Below the pieces are notes generated by a model. It worked only from the letters and a program-made list of their open reading frames with translations, made no database searches and had not been told where the DNA came from. 64,000 bases of DNA from Chara braunii (Eukaryota > Plantae > Charophyceae), in contig BFEA01000020.1 in the NCBI GenBank assembly GCA_003427395.1, forward strand, positions 5,702,665 through 5,766,664, written 5' to 3'. Below, piece after piece: positions 10,830 through 23,960 of this stretch (within the stretch, counting starts at the first letter, position 1; the number at the start of each line of letters is the position of its first letter). Position numbers and translations under genes: made by a program.

Positions 10830-11050
10830 GCTCCGATCTATTGGTGGGGAGCTACACCTGCTGGAAACCAGGTCCAGCATCTCTTGCATGACTGCACCTG
10901 CTGGAAACCGGGTCCAGAATCCATCACAAGACTGCACCTGCTGGAAACTGGGTCCAGCGTCCCTCACAAGACAGCACCTACTGGAAACCGGGTCCAGCGT
11001 CCGTTGCAAGACTGCACCTGCTGGCAATTGGGGCTCAGCATCCCTTGTAA
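10830..11050 (-). repeat. Tandem array of LINE-tail stem-loop 1 (five units of ~40 bp)
   Basis: Repeated gactgcacctgctggaaaccgggtccagcgtcc units. Confidence 0.9.
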
Positions 11051-11884
11051 GTCCGCAGCCGCACCCTCAGATACCAGATGCTGCACTCCTTTCTGACTGT
11101 ATCACCCTTCCAGGACCGGGCCTCAGCTGGGGCTTCATGCCCGTGACCCTGTTTCCGCGCGTGAGCCATCATTGCCCAGTTGGTGTTTAAGCCGTTTCTG
11201 CAATTTCTGCTGCGAGGTTTCCTCCTTCCCTCTATCCCTTTCCCCTTGTTGCTTTCCCCCCATTTCTTCTTTCCCGCTGACCCTTTGCATCAGCAGGTCC
11301 ATTTTCTACCAACACGCTTTTCCTTTGATCTATTTGCTGCTCTAGTTACAGATCCCTGGACCCTGGTCCTTTCTATGGTTTAAAGGAAACGGACATCCTT
11401 CACTCTATCTACTGCTGTAATTGTTGATCCCTGGAGTCTGGTCCTTTCCTTGGCATAGGGGAAACAGAATGGGTGGGGAGGCGTCAAATTCCTGGCTGCC
11501 ATTTGTTTTGGGCTGCGTTATGTTGGGAGGTCTATGGTGTGGGTACGAGGAGGATGGAGGAGGGCAGGGTGGCCGGGACCGGGACTGAGAAGTATAACAG
11601 CGGTTGATACTCCCAGGATCTTTTTCTTGTCTCCAGTTGTTCTTGACCAGTTGAATTCCTGTGTTGAAAGTTGTTGTTCTTCTTCTTTCTTCTTCTTCCT
11701 CTCCTCTCTACTTCGGATTCTGTGTGGCTTTGAATGCCGGTCTTGCTGAATGCCATTGACGTCAAGTATTTCAACAGTTGAATTCCTGTGAGTTCTGCGA
11801 CTGTGACTTTCTCTTCTGGCCATATTGCCTTTTCCTCGCTGACAGTCTTCCTTAGCTGTTTGGTTATCTTCCTGACTCGTTATG

Positions 11885-11998
11885 TATATGTGACGCTGGA
11901 CCCGGTTTCCAGCAGGTGACGCTCCCCACCAATAGATGGAGCCCCTCCCAGGGTGTTAGGGGTGCCTGCTCTTATCAGCACCACTAGCACTTCAGGGG

Positions 11999-12033
<35 letters not shown>
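11885..12033 (+). mobile_element. LINE 3' tail with poly(A)
   Basis: gacgctggacccggtttccagcaggtgacgctccccaccaatagatggagc...gctcttatcagcacc, then a long A-run. Confidence 0.85.
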
Positions 12034-12038
<5 letters not shown>

Positions 12039-12161
12039 GCCTTTTCATTTGTCAATGGACATGCTTCTTCCTCAACCTCCATGACCAGGTGGAAGCCAGA
12101 TGGATGAAACACCTCAATGGTTAGCAGGGAGGTGCTGAAACTTTTTTTTTTTTTTTTTTTT

Positions 12162-12338
12162 TTGAAGCACTAGTACCTTTGCCGGTTCAGAAATGAGGAA
12201 AAACTCCGAAGAATTCGGAGGCCGGGCCCGGCGACGTGTGCAATTGATGAATCCAATCGGCGGCCGCGTTTCGTTTCGGCCTCCTGAAAGGTCGGAGGCC
12301 CGCTATTTTCCGAAACGACAAAGGTACTAGTGGTTTAA
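12162..12338. mobile_element. TTAA/TA-flanked MITE
   Basis: agcactagtacctttg ... caaaggtactagtggtttaa. Confidence 0.75.
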
Positions 12339-12459
12339 GACCTGGCTCCGTCTACTCGGGGGGGTGATACGAGCAGCCCCTCCTAATAGATCCCTCTCTG
12401 GTCGCTCCATCTATTGGTGGGAAGCTTCAACTGCTCGAAAACGGGTCCAGTGTCCCTTC

Positions 12460-13900
12460 ATACATGAACTGAGATAGGAGGTCCTGAAACCTATCAGATG
12501 GTTCCAAAACATTAGTCCGGGAACGAAACCTACAGAACTAGCCTGCCTGCAATTTCAGGTGGAACACCGTAGTCTGCCAACCGATGACTGGTTGATAGAC
12601 CGCACTTCACTGGAACAGAGCAGGCTGGCCCTACCCTGGTGCAAATTGTGCTGTAAAGCATTTCCGACCAGAAAGCGACCTGAAACAATCGAGCACATCT
12701 TTTTGCAATGCCCAGGGGGCAGTTGGCTCTGGCACTGGTGGGACAGGATGTGGAGCCAACTTGGAAAGGCGGCACCCTGGCCATGGGACTGGAGAGCCCT
12801 GTTATGTGAAGTATGGCCCACAGGCCAACCAGATGACTTAACCTTGGACTCATTCAAACTTGATAGAAGAGTGGTTCTCTGGGCCCATGGCCCACAGACC
12901 AACCAGATGACTCAACCTTGAACTTATTCAAACTTGGTAGAAGAGCGGTTCTCTGGGCCCTCTAGTGGGCACCACTGCACCTACGAGATGGAATGGTTGA
13001 GACTGGAAGGACCCGAATTCACGGACGGAATCCGCCATCAAATACAGATGGAAATAACAACAGAATGGAAGAGCGTGAAAGCTAAACTAGACCACTTCCA
13101 TTCACAGAAGGAAATGCGCCAAAACATCCAACAATTCAGTACAAGCTGGCTTGGGGGGCGCAGGGGGGGAAGGATATGGAAAGTGGAATGGAAAAGGGAA
13201 CAGGAGGGGACACAAGAGGGCTGGGGGATAACCAGGGAGTGGACTAAGTTGGATGCTTCCATTCCAATGCGATCGACGACCGCCTGCTGACTTCCCTGAC
13301 CATTTTCCCCTTTTCCTCACAATGTCTGGTAGACCTGGGATGGTATGGGATGGAATGATGAGCCAAAGGAGGTAGGGAGGGTTTCATCAGCATGAGCCGT
13401 TGTCTGTTGTCTGCATTAGGGTCCAAGGAGGGTTTAGGGTTTAAGGAGGTGAGCAGAAAAACCTGATAGCGGAAAATGCAGATGTCAGTCCCCCTGGGCA
13501 TATCCTTGTCTGCTACAGCCTATTTCTAACCTCCTGTAGAAGACAATGCAGTCTTACGGTCGGTGTACCCGGGCCTCGTCTGACAGCACTGCAGAATGCA
13601 GGGGCAGGGTATCTTGCACATGTATAGAATGCAAAAGGACTCGCTAGTCACTGTTCATACCTGTCGCCCAACAGAAGGGTGAAGAGATGCGGTTTGCATT
13701 CTCAGGTTCACAAGAAGTCCATGAGAAGTGCAGTCAATTACTCATAGAGTGACATGGACAACACAGACATCAATGATGCTGAATTCATGTATTCAAGGGA
13801 CGTTCAACCCGCTTTCCAGCAGGTGATGCTCCCCACTTACAGATGGAGCGGCTATCATCAGGCCTACAACAGGGGCTGCTCATATCACCTCCCCCAGTAG
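12460..13900 (+). mobile_element. 5'-truncated LINE: ORF2 C-terminus (zf-RVT), 3'UTR and tail
   Basis: LPWCKLCCKAFPTRKRPETIEHIFLQCPG (CxxC..H..C). Tail stem-loops at 13797-13890. Confidence 0.9.
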
Positions 13901-14040
13901 CCCTGCTCTTTTTCTTTTTTTTTTAACTCAAAAACCGTCCAGTGCTAGTGGTGCTGGTAAGCGGTGTCTGCTCTTCCCAGTAGCCCTGCTCAGGGACTCA
14001 GGCCTTCAAAAAAAAAAAAAAAAAGCTTCTTCCTCGACCC

Positions 14041-14315
14041 CTCCCATACTTTTATTATCCTCGATTTAGAGGTACTCTGAAATGTGGTCTTTTGCTTAAG
14101 GAATCTCAAATTCTGGTGGTGATGTTCGAATGAGCACCTAGCTCTCTCTCAGCCGACCATTGGGACTCACTTCTGGACCTCCAGATTCTGAAGGTCAAAG
14201 CAAGCGAGTTGTGGACGGAGGACGAGGTTCGGGACTGCCTCTGTGCCATTCTGAGGAACAGACTGCTCAAGGGCTCAAAGGACTGGGATCGGGATCTGAA
14301 TCAGTGGCAGGCTGG
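14041..14315 (+). pseudogene. Fragment of LINE ORF1 C-terminal domain
   Basis: SLLDLQILKVKASELWTEDEV matches ALLDLQILKIKPSNLCSTTEI at about 46370-46430. Confidence 0.65.
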
Positions 14316-15987
14316 CAGCGCTTGTAAAAATAAAAATAGAAAGACGAAAACAGATCTGCGTACCAATAAGCCACACGCAAATCAGGCAAAGCGCAAAGAT
14401 CAGAGCTGTGGAAGAAGGCTGTATATCGGAAGGATAAGGTATGGAAGCAATGCCAACGTGCAGCCGACCTGGACTTGCGCTCCTGGAAGTTCTGAAACTG
14501 CAGCAATGCCAATGGCCCGAACTGTGTAAAAATCTGGAAGAGCTGTACAGGGTCAGATACAGGAGGACGATATCGGGACCAGTCGCCAAGTTCTGAAACT
14601 GCAGAGCAATCTTGCGAGATCGAGAAGGGAGCATTTTCGAGTACGGACGCCAAGCATGAGCCTCGTCACGAATATCGTCTCTAAGCCAGTGAAAAAACTG
14701 GAGTGAAATAAGACAAAATAGCTGAAGTGTACCGGAGCCGCAAGCCAGTAACCGCACAACATTTTTCAGCAGGCAAGTGCGCGGGTGGGGATCCAATATG
14801 GTTCCAATCCGCAGAACAACGCGGGAAACTGGGAATATGCAGGTAATACAGGCCAAACACCAGAGCAGCTAACCTCACAATGGATACAGGCGAGGATCGA
14901 GACCCATTTCATTGCTCTGCCCGGTACTGACCCGCAGTGCACGCGGGAAACGATAGACTTCAAGCTCGGATTAGAATTTGCACGAGTCGAGAAGATAGAC
15001 AGAACGGTTTAAATAAACACCGGGAGAAAACCCGGTCACCAGTCTGAGTGGAAAGGAGTAGAAGGACTGTGGCGGCGTGATTTTTATGCGCCTACTTCAA
15101 TGTAATTTGTTCCGCGATAATAAAGCTCCAGATTACATTGGTTTTACGATATCTCGTAATGAACCGGAGGAACGACCTTATGCTTGGACACGCTCCTCTG
15201 GCGCCGTATGAGGAGCAGCAAGTAACATACGGATGGCAGTATGCATACTTGCTAACCCATATGAGCACTACATTCCAATTTTCTACTTGTAAGTTACGTA
15301 CTGATTCGAGCTACTATCGAATTGTGACATTCGTAGGCGGCGACGATACGCGTGACGGTGCGGAGCAGCAGCGATCTGGAAAGAAGGTGCACACCGGACG
15401 ACCTGCAAGGAGCGGCTGCGGATAGAAGGGCGAACGCGACATCGACGTATGTTTAGAAGAGGCCAGGGACGGGGGACGTGGTCAGGCTGCCAGCGCTATT
15501 GGATGGAGGTACCCGCGGGTATGCAGACACCTCCGGCACCAACCGTTGTCGGGCGGCTGCCTACCAGCCGGGTACCCCCTTCTTAGCCAAACAAGAAAGG
15601 ATTTGGGGTATGTTTCCTTTGTTTTTGCATGGTTTGATGCATGGATATGTTTGACTAAGGGAATTGAGGGGAATCTTGGGGTTCTTGGCCTAGGTACTAA
15701 CCTATGGACAAGCGGGGACGGCGACCCGGGACGGTGGTCGCAAGAGGGGCCCGACGCGGAAGAAAAACCAGAGGTTTTCGATGAAGTATCTGGGTGTAAA
15801 GGGAAAGGCAGCTGCCGTTGAAACTAAGGAAAGCGGTGTCGGGGGCAGCACACACAGGCCGTGAAGCTTGGAGCACGCTTGAGTCGCGGGATGGGACCTG
15901 TTTGAGCTTGTTGTGATCAGGGAAAACGGTGCAAGTTGGGTCCTCTCCACGAAGGATCAATGGCCGGCCCGATCCTCGAAAAGAGGA

Positions 15988-16217
15988 GAGGCAGCTTCTA
16001 ACAGGAAAGGTGGGGCCAAGGACAGTACTAAGGACAGCTATGATGAAGCTTCAATCGGTTGGGTTTTCGCACTTACCATGCTGGAGAGCGTTGAACCACG
16101 TCGAGGCAGCTTCTAACAGGAAAGGTGGGGCCAAGGACAGTACTAAGGACAGCTATGATGAAGCTTCAGTCGGTTGGGTTTTCGCACTTACCATGCTGGA
16201 GAGCGTTGAACCACGTC
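15988..16217. repeat. Near-perfect tandem duplication, 2 x 115 bp
   Basis: gaggcagcttctaacagg...gaaccacgtc occurs twice with about one mismatch. Confidence 0.95.
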
Positions 16218-17519
16218 TTGAAAGAGGTGGGCCACAAGATGGCAAAACGGGGATCTCTCATTAAGACGACGGGTGGAAGCCGAATCGACAAGAGAATGGG
16301 GTAGTGGGAGCGACCCCGGATTGAGCTCTCTCGGCTGCTGACCCAAGGGGATCGGTGGAGGATGAGGGCAGAAAGTCGGAGCACGATCGGAGAGTGCAAA
16401 TAGCCGGGGCGGGTCAATCCTGGAGGCAGGAGATCGTGGGAAGTGATTGGAGGAAGGGAGCGGGGCAGAGATTAGAAGCGATCGGTAAGAACAGAGTGAG
16501 CTTGCAGCGATCGCGCGCTCCAGCGAGATCTCGGTAACAGAACGGAGGCTGGGCGCGCGCCCCATACGCTTTTTGGTCGCCGAGCAAGAAGCGGTCGCGC
16601 GGGAAAGGAAGAGCGAGCTGCGTCGGAGTGAGTGCGAAGAAGCTGAACGGACACCTCACCTAGAACCGGGGGGGGGGGGAGCAGAGCACTCGACTCTGGC
16701 TCGTGTAACCGTCGGCGCGCGTGCCAATGGGGTGGTGAACGGGAAAAAGAGTGCTTGGCAACAGAGGTCTAAAGCAGAGGATGGAAGGACCGCGCGGGGC
16801 GTGGATCGAGCACCGACGCTCTCCGAGACGCGAAGGGAGCATCGCCGGAATACGAACGGCCGGATGGCGGCAAAATCTGGAAGTTGTACTGGGTACGCGA
16901 GCTAGTGCGAGGACGCGCCGCGACCGAAGATTGTGCCAGAAACGTGCTCTAAGAAGGAAGGAAGCTCGACGGGCGTATGTGACGAGCTATCGAGAGTGGG
17001 AGAAACGTGTAAGGCGGGAGGATGCGCGGCCACTAGCTTGGGCAGGCCCACAGAGCTATCTCGATCCCTCCTTGAGGGAGGAATGAGCTGCAATTGGCCG
17101 GGGGCGAAGAACAGATGGATCGAGCGAAAGTACGGGAGGAATGACCGGGGAAAACTCTGAAAAATTCGAAAAGAACTGCGGGAAAGGGGCGAACTCTCAG
17201 AAACGAAAGTAGGAAGCTGAGACCGGTGGGAGTATGAGATGGAAAGAAGGAATGAGCGGGAAATGAGAAAAACTCTGAAAATTTCAAAAAGAATCGCGCG
17301 GAAAGGGGAAATTTTGGAAGACGAAAGCGAGCGGTGTGATTGGTGAAAGGAGAAGGGGGGAGGAGGAACAGGAGGAGGAGCTGGTGGGGGACTGAGGATA
17401 TAAAAGAGAGAGAGAGGAAGAGAGAGGAGGGGGGGGGCGCATGTAGGTAAACAAGGCGGCAAGGACGCGCACCAATGTTCGTATCGAGACAGCTCGCTGG
17501 CGCACGAGTGAGGGTCCGG

Positions 17520-17522
<3 letters not shown>

Positions 17523-17584
<62 letters not shown>

Positions 17585-18370
17585 CGCGAGAGGAGAGGGA
17601 GGACGGTCGAGCAAGAGGCGGAGCACGCAAGCCCCAGCACCCGAACGCTCGAGGTAGCACCGAGGGGCGTTTGCTTCGACGCCCTTGTTCTGGCGCTCGA
17701 CTGACCGCTGTGGAAGCTCGAGGTCGAGAGGACGAGAGAGAGAGAAAGGAAGAGATAGAGAGAGAGAGGAGGAGGAGAGAGAAGGAGCGAACGAGAGAGA
17801 GAGCGCGACACTGGCGCTCGCACGAACGGAGGAGAGAGAGAGAGGGAGCGAACGAGAGGGAGAGAGAGCGAACGAGAGGANNNNNNNNNNNNNNNNNNNN
17901 NNNNNNNNNNNNNNNNNNNNNNNNNNNNNNNNNNNNNNNNNNNNNNNNNNNNNNNNNNNNNNNNNNNNNNNNNNNNNNNNNNNNNNNNNNNNNNNNNNNN
18001 NNNNNNNNNNNNNNNNNNNNNNNNNNNNNNNNNNNNNNNNNNNNNNNNNNNNNNNNNNNNNNNNNNNNNNNNNNNNNNNNNNNNNNNNNNNNNNNNNNNN
18101 NNNNNNNNNNNNNNNNNNNNNNNNNNNNNNNNNNNGCGCGACACTGGCGCTCGCACGAACGGAGGAGAGAGAGAGAGGGAGCGAACGAGAGGGAGAGAGA
18201 GCGAACGAGAGGACGAGAGAGAGAGAGAGAGAGGGAGCGAACGAGAGGGAGAGAGAGCAAACGAGAGGACGAGAGAGAGAGGAGCGGAGCGCACGACACT
18301 GGCGCTCACACGTACGGAGGAGAGAGAGAGAAGGAGCAAAGCGCACGACACTGGCGCTCGCACAGAGAGA
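17523..18370. repeat. (GA)n-rich minisatellite with gcgacactggcgctcgcac units, spanning a gap
   Basis: Four copies of cgacactggcgctc in a GA-rich matrix. Confidence 0.9.
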
Positions 18371-18959
18371 GGGAGAGAATGAAGCGCGAGGGAGGAAGGT
18401 GCTCTTTCTGGAAACGGGGTGGCGGGGAGGAGACGAGGCGTTCTGAGGAGCCGGGGTGTTCGCCCCGCGTCCCCGGTACAGGTGCCCAAAGGGGCGGGCG
18501 CACATCGGGTATTGCGAGGAGCACCTGAGGGAGAAGGCGGGAGCGAGGACACCGCCGAGGCGGAGAGGGTGAGAGAAGCCGTGAGGAGAGCGGCGGGCTC
18601 GAAAATCCGGGTTTTGGCATCAGGATAGGCGGGCGACCAAAAAGTGACTCGTACCTTAGTAAGAGCGTCGGCCCGGGTGGTGGGATTGCAGGACAGAGGG
18701 AGGGTAGAAGACAGGGAAAGAAGGAGCGGTCATCAGGCGACCAAGCCACCGAGAGCGTGAGATCGGAACAGCGGATCGACAGCGAGAGGCAGCACGCGGC
18801 TTGTATCGGAAGGGTCCTCCCGCGCTCGCCGAGCGCTCGCGCCTCAGGGAGCGGTTGATCCCGGAGGACGGGGGAACGTGACTGGGTTCTCGAATGCCTT
18901 GGTTTCCGGGCTACCATCTCGGAGCCCTCTTGTTCGGACAATGGCGAGTCGTTAGGCTC

Positions 18960-19450
18960 GGGGCTTCGTGTTGACATTTCCGAGCTTTCTTGTTTGAAGT
19001 GCGTCGAGTCGCTGTAAGTGTGGTTCGACGTTGACATTCCTGAGTTTCTCAAGGTTCGATCTGTATGATCTGTGACTTGGGGTTCGGTGCTGACATCTCT
19101 TTTTGAGCTTTCCTGTTCGAAGTACGTCGAGTCACTGTAAGTGTGGTTCGGCGTTGACGTTTTTGAGTTTCTCAAAGTTCGGTGTTCGGTGCTGACATTT
19201 TTTTTTTAGCTTTCCTGTTCGAAGTACGTCGAGTCGCTATAAGTGTGGTTCGACGTTGACATTTCTGAGTCTCTCAAGGTTCGATCTGTATGGTTTGTGA
19301 CTCGGGGTTCGGTGCTGACATTTTTTTTCGATCTTTCCTGTTCGAAGTACGTCGAGTAGCTATAAGTGTGGTTCGGCGTTGACATTTCCGAGTTTTCAAA
19401 GTGTACCAGATCGCCGGACCCTGGGTCCAGTATTGACGTTTCTGAGCTCT
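18960..19450. repeat. Degenerate tandem repeats of ~85-120 bp
   Basis: Four copies of tttcctgttcgaagtacgtcgagtcgctataagtgtggttcgacgttgac; the minus strand reads as SEMSTSNHTYSDSTYFEQES repeats. Confidence 0.85.
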
Positions 19451-19596
19451 CTTGTTGACTCCGGTTTCGGCGTTGCCAATTTCCGAGCCGCGTTGCCACT
19501 CCGGAGCTCTCGTGCTCAGTCTGTATTGAGTCGCTCGACTCTGGTTTCGGCATTGTCATTTCTAAGCTCCCTTGTTCACTATGCATCGGGTCGCTG

Positions 19597-19689
19597 TCGC
19601 GCTCCCTGGTTCAGTGCGTAATCTGGTCCGGACTAATGTCAGTCGCGCTCCCTGGTTCCGTGCGTAATCTGGTCCGGGCTAATGTCAGT
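19597..19689. repeat. Tandem duplication, 2 x 46 bp
   Basis: gtcgcgctccctggttc...ctaatgtca occurs twice. Confidence 0.9.
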
Positions 19690-21585
19690 GGGGAGCCCGC
19701 CTTCTCGTTGTCTTTTCTGAGCACCAATGTGGTGTCTGACGGAGCTCCATTCTTCTACCTGGGCCGAGAACACGACAGTCTGTACTGATAGGTGTGGCTG
19801 CTAGAAGTTCGAGATCCCTCCTTGCGAGGCACCCTGCCAACGGGAGAGAAGTAAGGGTGAGAAGGGAGACCACTGAGACACCGGTCCTGCACATACCTTA
19901 AGAATTCGTGGGGTCTGACGAGGGGTCTCTAACTCAGCGAGAGCCTCCCCCGAGCGGTTGGTTAGGCGGGAAGAGCAGCGCTCGACAATGGAAGGGGAGA
20001 CCCGGGCGGACGATGGGGTCGGCCAGCGGGGAAAGTCAATTGTCTAGGGAGCTTGGCATAAAGGGGGCAAAAGCGCAAGAGGCGGGCCGACAAAGTGGCG
20101 CCGTTGCCGGGGATGAGCATTCTCCCGCGGCCTCGGCCGACTCAAGGACCACGGTGTGCGGGAGGACGAGCGTGACAGGTGGTGGAGGGGTCACCTTTTG
20201 GTATCGGCGTCAATTTCTTCGGCAAGACTTTTTTTCGACAGCCTTGTATCGACATCGGCTTCTTCGGCAGATTCGGTTTCGGCATCAGCTTTTCCAGCGA
20301 CGTTTCGGCATCGATTTTTTTTACGGCATCCTCGGCACTTCTTCAGTTGGGGGCCTTGTTTTTCGTGCGGGGAGGAGGTTGCTGGGTTATTTTGGGGTGT
20401 CGGGATCTCTTGGTTTTGCAGGTCCGCGCCGGCCCCGCTTACGACTTCGGCCCCGCTTGCGTCTTCCAAGAATCCAGGTCAGACTCTTACTGGGAGGTGT
20501 GACATATTTTTTGTGTGTTTATTTCTGAAAATCCGCAAATTAAGAGGGTGAAACAGTATGTTTGTGGGGTTTGAATGAGGGTGAAAAATAATCAAAGGGG
20601 GGGAAGAAGAGTCGTACGGGAAAATAGTGTGAGTGGGTCTGCACGTGGGGGAGAGAGAGTGGACGTAACTTGAAGGGGGAGAGAGGAAAGGGGGGTTCGA
20701 GAGGGCCTAGGGATGCTATCGGGTTGGGATCCAAGAGCACAGGCTCAAGCGGAAAGGGGTCTCCCTAACATTCTCGACCCGCACGGGTTGTGGACGTTGC
20801 CTGCACGGGACGAAACTCCCGCGAGGGAAAGGGCTTCTCGAGAGGGGGCTAGGTTTTCGGTTCTCGACCCACGCGGGTTGTGGACAACACCCGCGCGAGA
20901 CGCGACTCCCGCAAGGGAGCAGAGTTCTCAAGGGGGTGCTGTTCGGGACGCAGGGGTGAGAAGGGTAGTGCTTCGAGTGTCGGGGCAAAGGGTCGAGGGA
21001 GCTTCAACCGCCGTGGAGAACGATAGGGGTAGGGGGCTAATTCGGGAAGAAGAGGCGAGGGGCACCTTGGACGAGGAATCGGAGGCCGAGTCTTGGGTGG
21101 ACCGGTGTCTTGCCGATTTCTCGGACTCGGATCTCGGGGACTACTGGGACTACGGAAACAAATTTTGAAAAGGTCGAAGACCACAAGGTACGTATTTAAA
21201 GCAGCCAAACTTGAGAGACTCTCTTGCTAAAATTCTACTTCCCCACCCTTTTTTCTTTTCTGTGAGACCCCGATTAAACTCTCCGATTCCGAGAGAGAAA
21301 AGAGTCAGACGGAGGCGAATAGGAAGAAGGGAACGAGGTGAGAAGAGTTCACAATACAAGGAGGAGAATGAGAGGGAGGAAACAGGCTAGTCATCTTTGA
21401 TTGATAGGCGGATAAAAGTCCCGGGACCCGGGTAATTCCACGCTCGAGGTGGGCCGAGTAGGGGCGTGGTGCCGGATAGGCTAATTTAGGCCTAGGGGTC
21501 GGTTCGGTGGGGGACATAGGGCATGGGTGTGTGACTTCGGTCCAACTCTGGGGAGGGGGTTGCCACCCTTCTTCGGGGATAACCT

Positions 21586-22494
21586 GTGTTCGCGGCTAGT
21601 CCCTATACCTGGAAGTGGGAGGACCTCTCAGCGGGGGAGGACAGGAAGGTAGCCGAGTGGGACGACGTTCCTTCTCTGGTCCATTTGATCCTGCTGGGCT
21701 CACAGGCACCTTCTCCTTGCAGGGTATGGGTGGTCTCTCGAGTAACCAAAATTAAGAGTAACAAAAGACCATATTTTTTTAGAATGCATGAGCTTAGAGG
21801 CGGTCCCGGAAGGGATTAGTGTGAGTAGTTACGGTGGAATCGACGTGTGGTGCTATACTTTTCGTCTATGGACGGAAGACTTTGACATTGCGATTTACGT
21901 AGAAGAAGGGCAGGATCAAGGAGAGAATTTCCTCCTTGGATGGGAAGAGGCGGTAGAACGCTCTCGCACGGAAAGGGAAGAGTTAAGGGCGTACGGGTTT
22001 AGATACTTCTACGCTTTGGGGTACCGGACCTATCCCTAGGGGTGGGCGACCTGCGCCGGTGATTCCGGACGCGTACCTCGACGGGTCGGACGAGTGGAGA
22101 GTGCTTGTCGAGGGGGCTTATGAGTCTAGGAGTTCTGGAAGTTGAGCCGGCAGGCATTAGCGTGGGTAGTTGTGGGGGTGTAGACGTATGGTGTTACAAC
22201 TTTTATCTATGGACCAGAGATTTCGATATAGCCCTCTATGTGGAAGAACGGGCGGATAGAGGGGAAGGCTTTCTTGATAGTTGGGAAGAGGCGGTTGGTC
22301 ATGCTCAGCTAGAAAGGGAACTTTTAGGAAATTACGGGATTCGGTACTTTTATACTCTGGGTTGCCGGACCTTTCGACGAGGAGAGCAACCCGCGCCCGT
22401 AATTCCGGACGCCTATCTCGACGGGTCGGACGGTTGGAAGGTGCTGGAAGGGATCGTTAAGGAGGTGGTCCATAGCCAGGGGGGGCATGGTTAG
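21586..22494 (+). pseudogene. Disrupted ORF with two tandem copies of an unknown ~110-aa domain
   Basis: GISVxSxGGxDVWCYxFxLWTxDFDIAxYVEE...WEEAV...YGxRYFYxLGxRT...PAPVIPDAYLDGSDxW appears twice. Frameshifts and a stop interrupt it. Confidence 0.7.
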
Positions 22495-23784
22495 GATTGT
22501 AGAAGCAACTAGCGACGGTAGAATCCTGATCGAGAAGGCCGACCTTCACAAGGAGAGAGAGTGCTCAGTGTTCCCTTAGACCACCGCACTGAGAGATATT
22601 TGGCCGGGCGCGAGAAAGGAGTGAAACTCGAGAAGGGAGTTTTTCTCTAGGCAAGGTTCGCGGTAGGAATTTGGGAAGGAGATCAGTGGACCAGGAATAG
22701 ACCTAGGAACGACTCTTCATCCTAGGGCTTTGCCCTCTGTCATCATCATTGTCATCGTCTTCTTTCCTCTTTTCTAACTCTCCCTTCGTTAACTAATGAT
22801 TTGGCTCTGGAGAGATGGTAAGATGGGGGAGAGCTTTCCTCTGCAGGGGCATCACAAGGCGAGAGGTGATTGCCCTGTAGGGAGCGAGGGCAGATTTTGG
22901 GGATTGTACTAATCTGGGGCTGGGAGTATATCCTAGTGGTGGCAGATTGGGGCAAAGGGTTGATCGACGCATACTTTTGGAGGAACTGTATGCCTTGTAG
23001 GGAGAATGGGAGGAGTGGGTCTGACCCTAGTTGGGGCTGATGAGGACTGCTCTTGATCAGGGCATGTCTGTTTTAGCGGAGGCAGCGGAGTGTCAGCGTG
23101 AAAGGTAGGAGGAGGAGGGGGGAGGAGAAAAAGTCTTCATCCTTATCAGCTTCTTCAAACATCATCATCATCATCATCATCATCAACCTCTTAATTCTTA
23201 TTTCCTTGTTCTTTTTTATACTTGAGATTGTGAGAATCCTCCCCACAAGGTTGTTGACGTGGAGGGCAGGATGGAGTGAGTGGGGAGAGCTCTTTTCTGC
23301 AGGGAAAACACAAGGTGGGAAGTGTTTGCCTATAGGGAATAAGGGTGGACAAGGGGGACTGTCTAACTCTGGGGCTGGGAGAGATGGAAGGCGGAACATC
23401 TTCCACTAGCGGTGGCAGAATAGGACAGAGATAGCTTGAGGTAGGCTTTTTGGGGGAATAGCCTTCTTTGAGGGGCGTAGGGTAGAGGGAGGCTTTCCTA
23501 TTGTTGGGGCTGTGAGGAACCGCTCAACAACAGAGTGGTTCTGATTAGCGGAGGCAGCAAGGGAGAGGAGGGGTGATAAGAAGGAAAAGAGGAGGGGTGG
23601 ATAGGGGAGGGTCAATCAACATCAAGGATCACCATCATCAACATCATCATCATCATCATCATCATATTGGTTATTTGCTCAGGATCCCACTATTATCAGA
23701 TCCGAATTCTTAGGTTACATTCTAGTCTAGCTGATTTCGTAATTGAGCTTTTATTGTGTTCTTGCCCAGGTTGAGTAGAAACCA

Positions 23785-23960
23785 GAAAGACGCTGGCCGG
23801 CGCTGGGGCATCGCCATGTAACCTTCATAGGAGCATGAGGCCTTGGATAGAGATCTGGGGATTGCTGAGGGTGGAGGGCAGTTACAATACTTGACCAAAG
23901 GCTACAATCTGGCCGATGAGGGTCGGCGCGGGGGTGGGTGGCGCTGCCCTGTAACCTAGC
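23785..23960 (+). repeat. Dispersed repeat, possibly LTR-derived (other copies 27810-28015 on - and 51630-51835 on +)
   Basis: Shared cgctggxcggxgctgggg...tgtaacc...tgaggcct...agagatctgggga. Confidence 0.7.

Noticed and set aside
10850-11050. CRISPR-like repeat/spacer array (also 27260-28545)
   Set aside because: The repeats are degenerate copies of the LINE tail hairpin, spacers are short or duplicated, no cas genes are present, and the context is eukaryotic.
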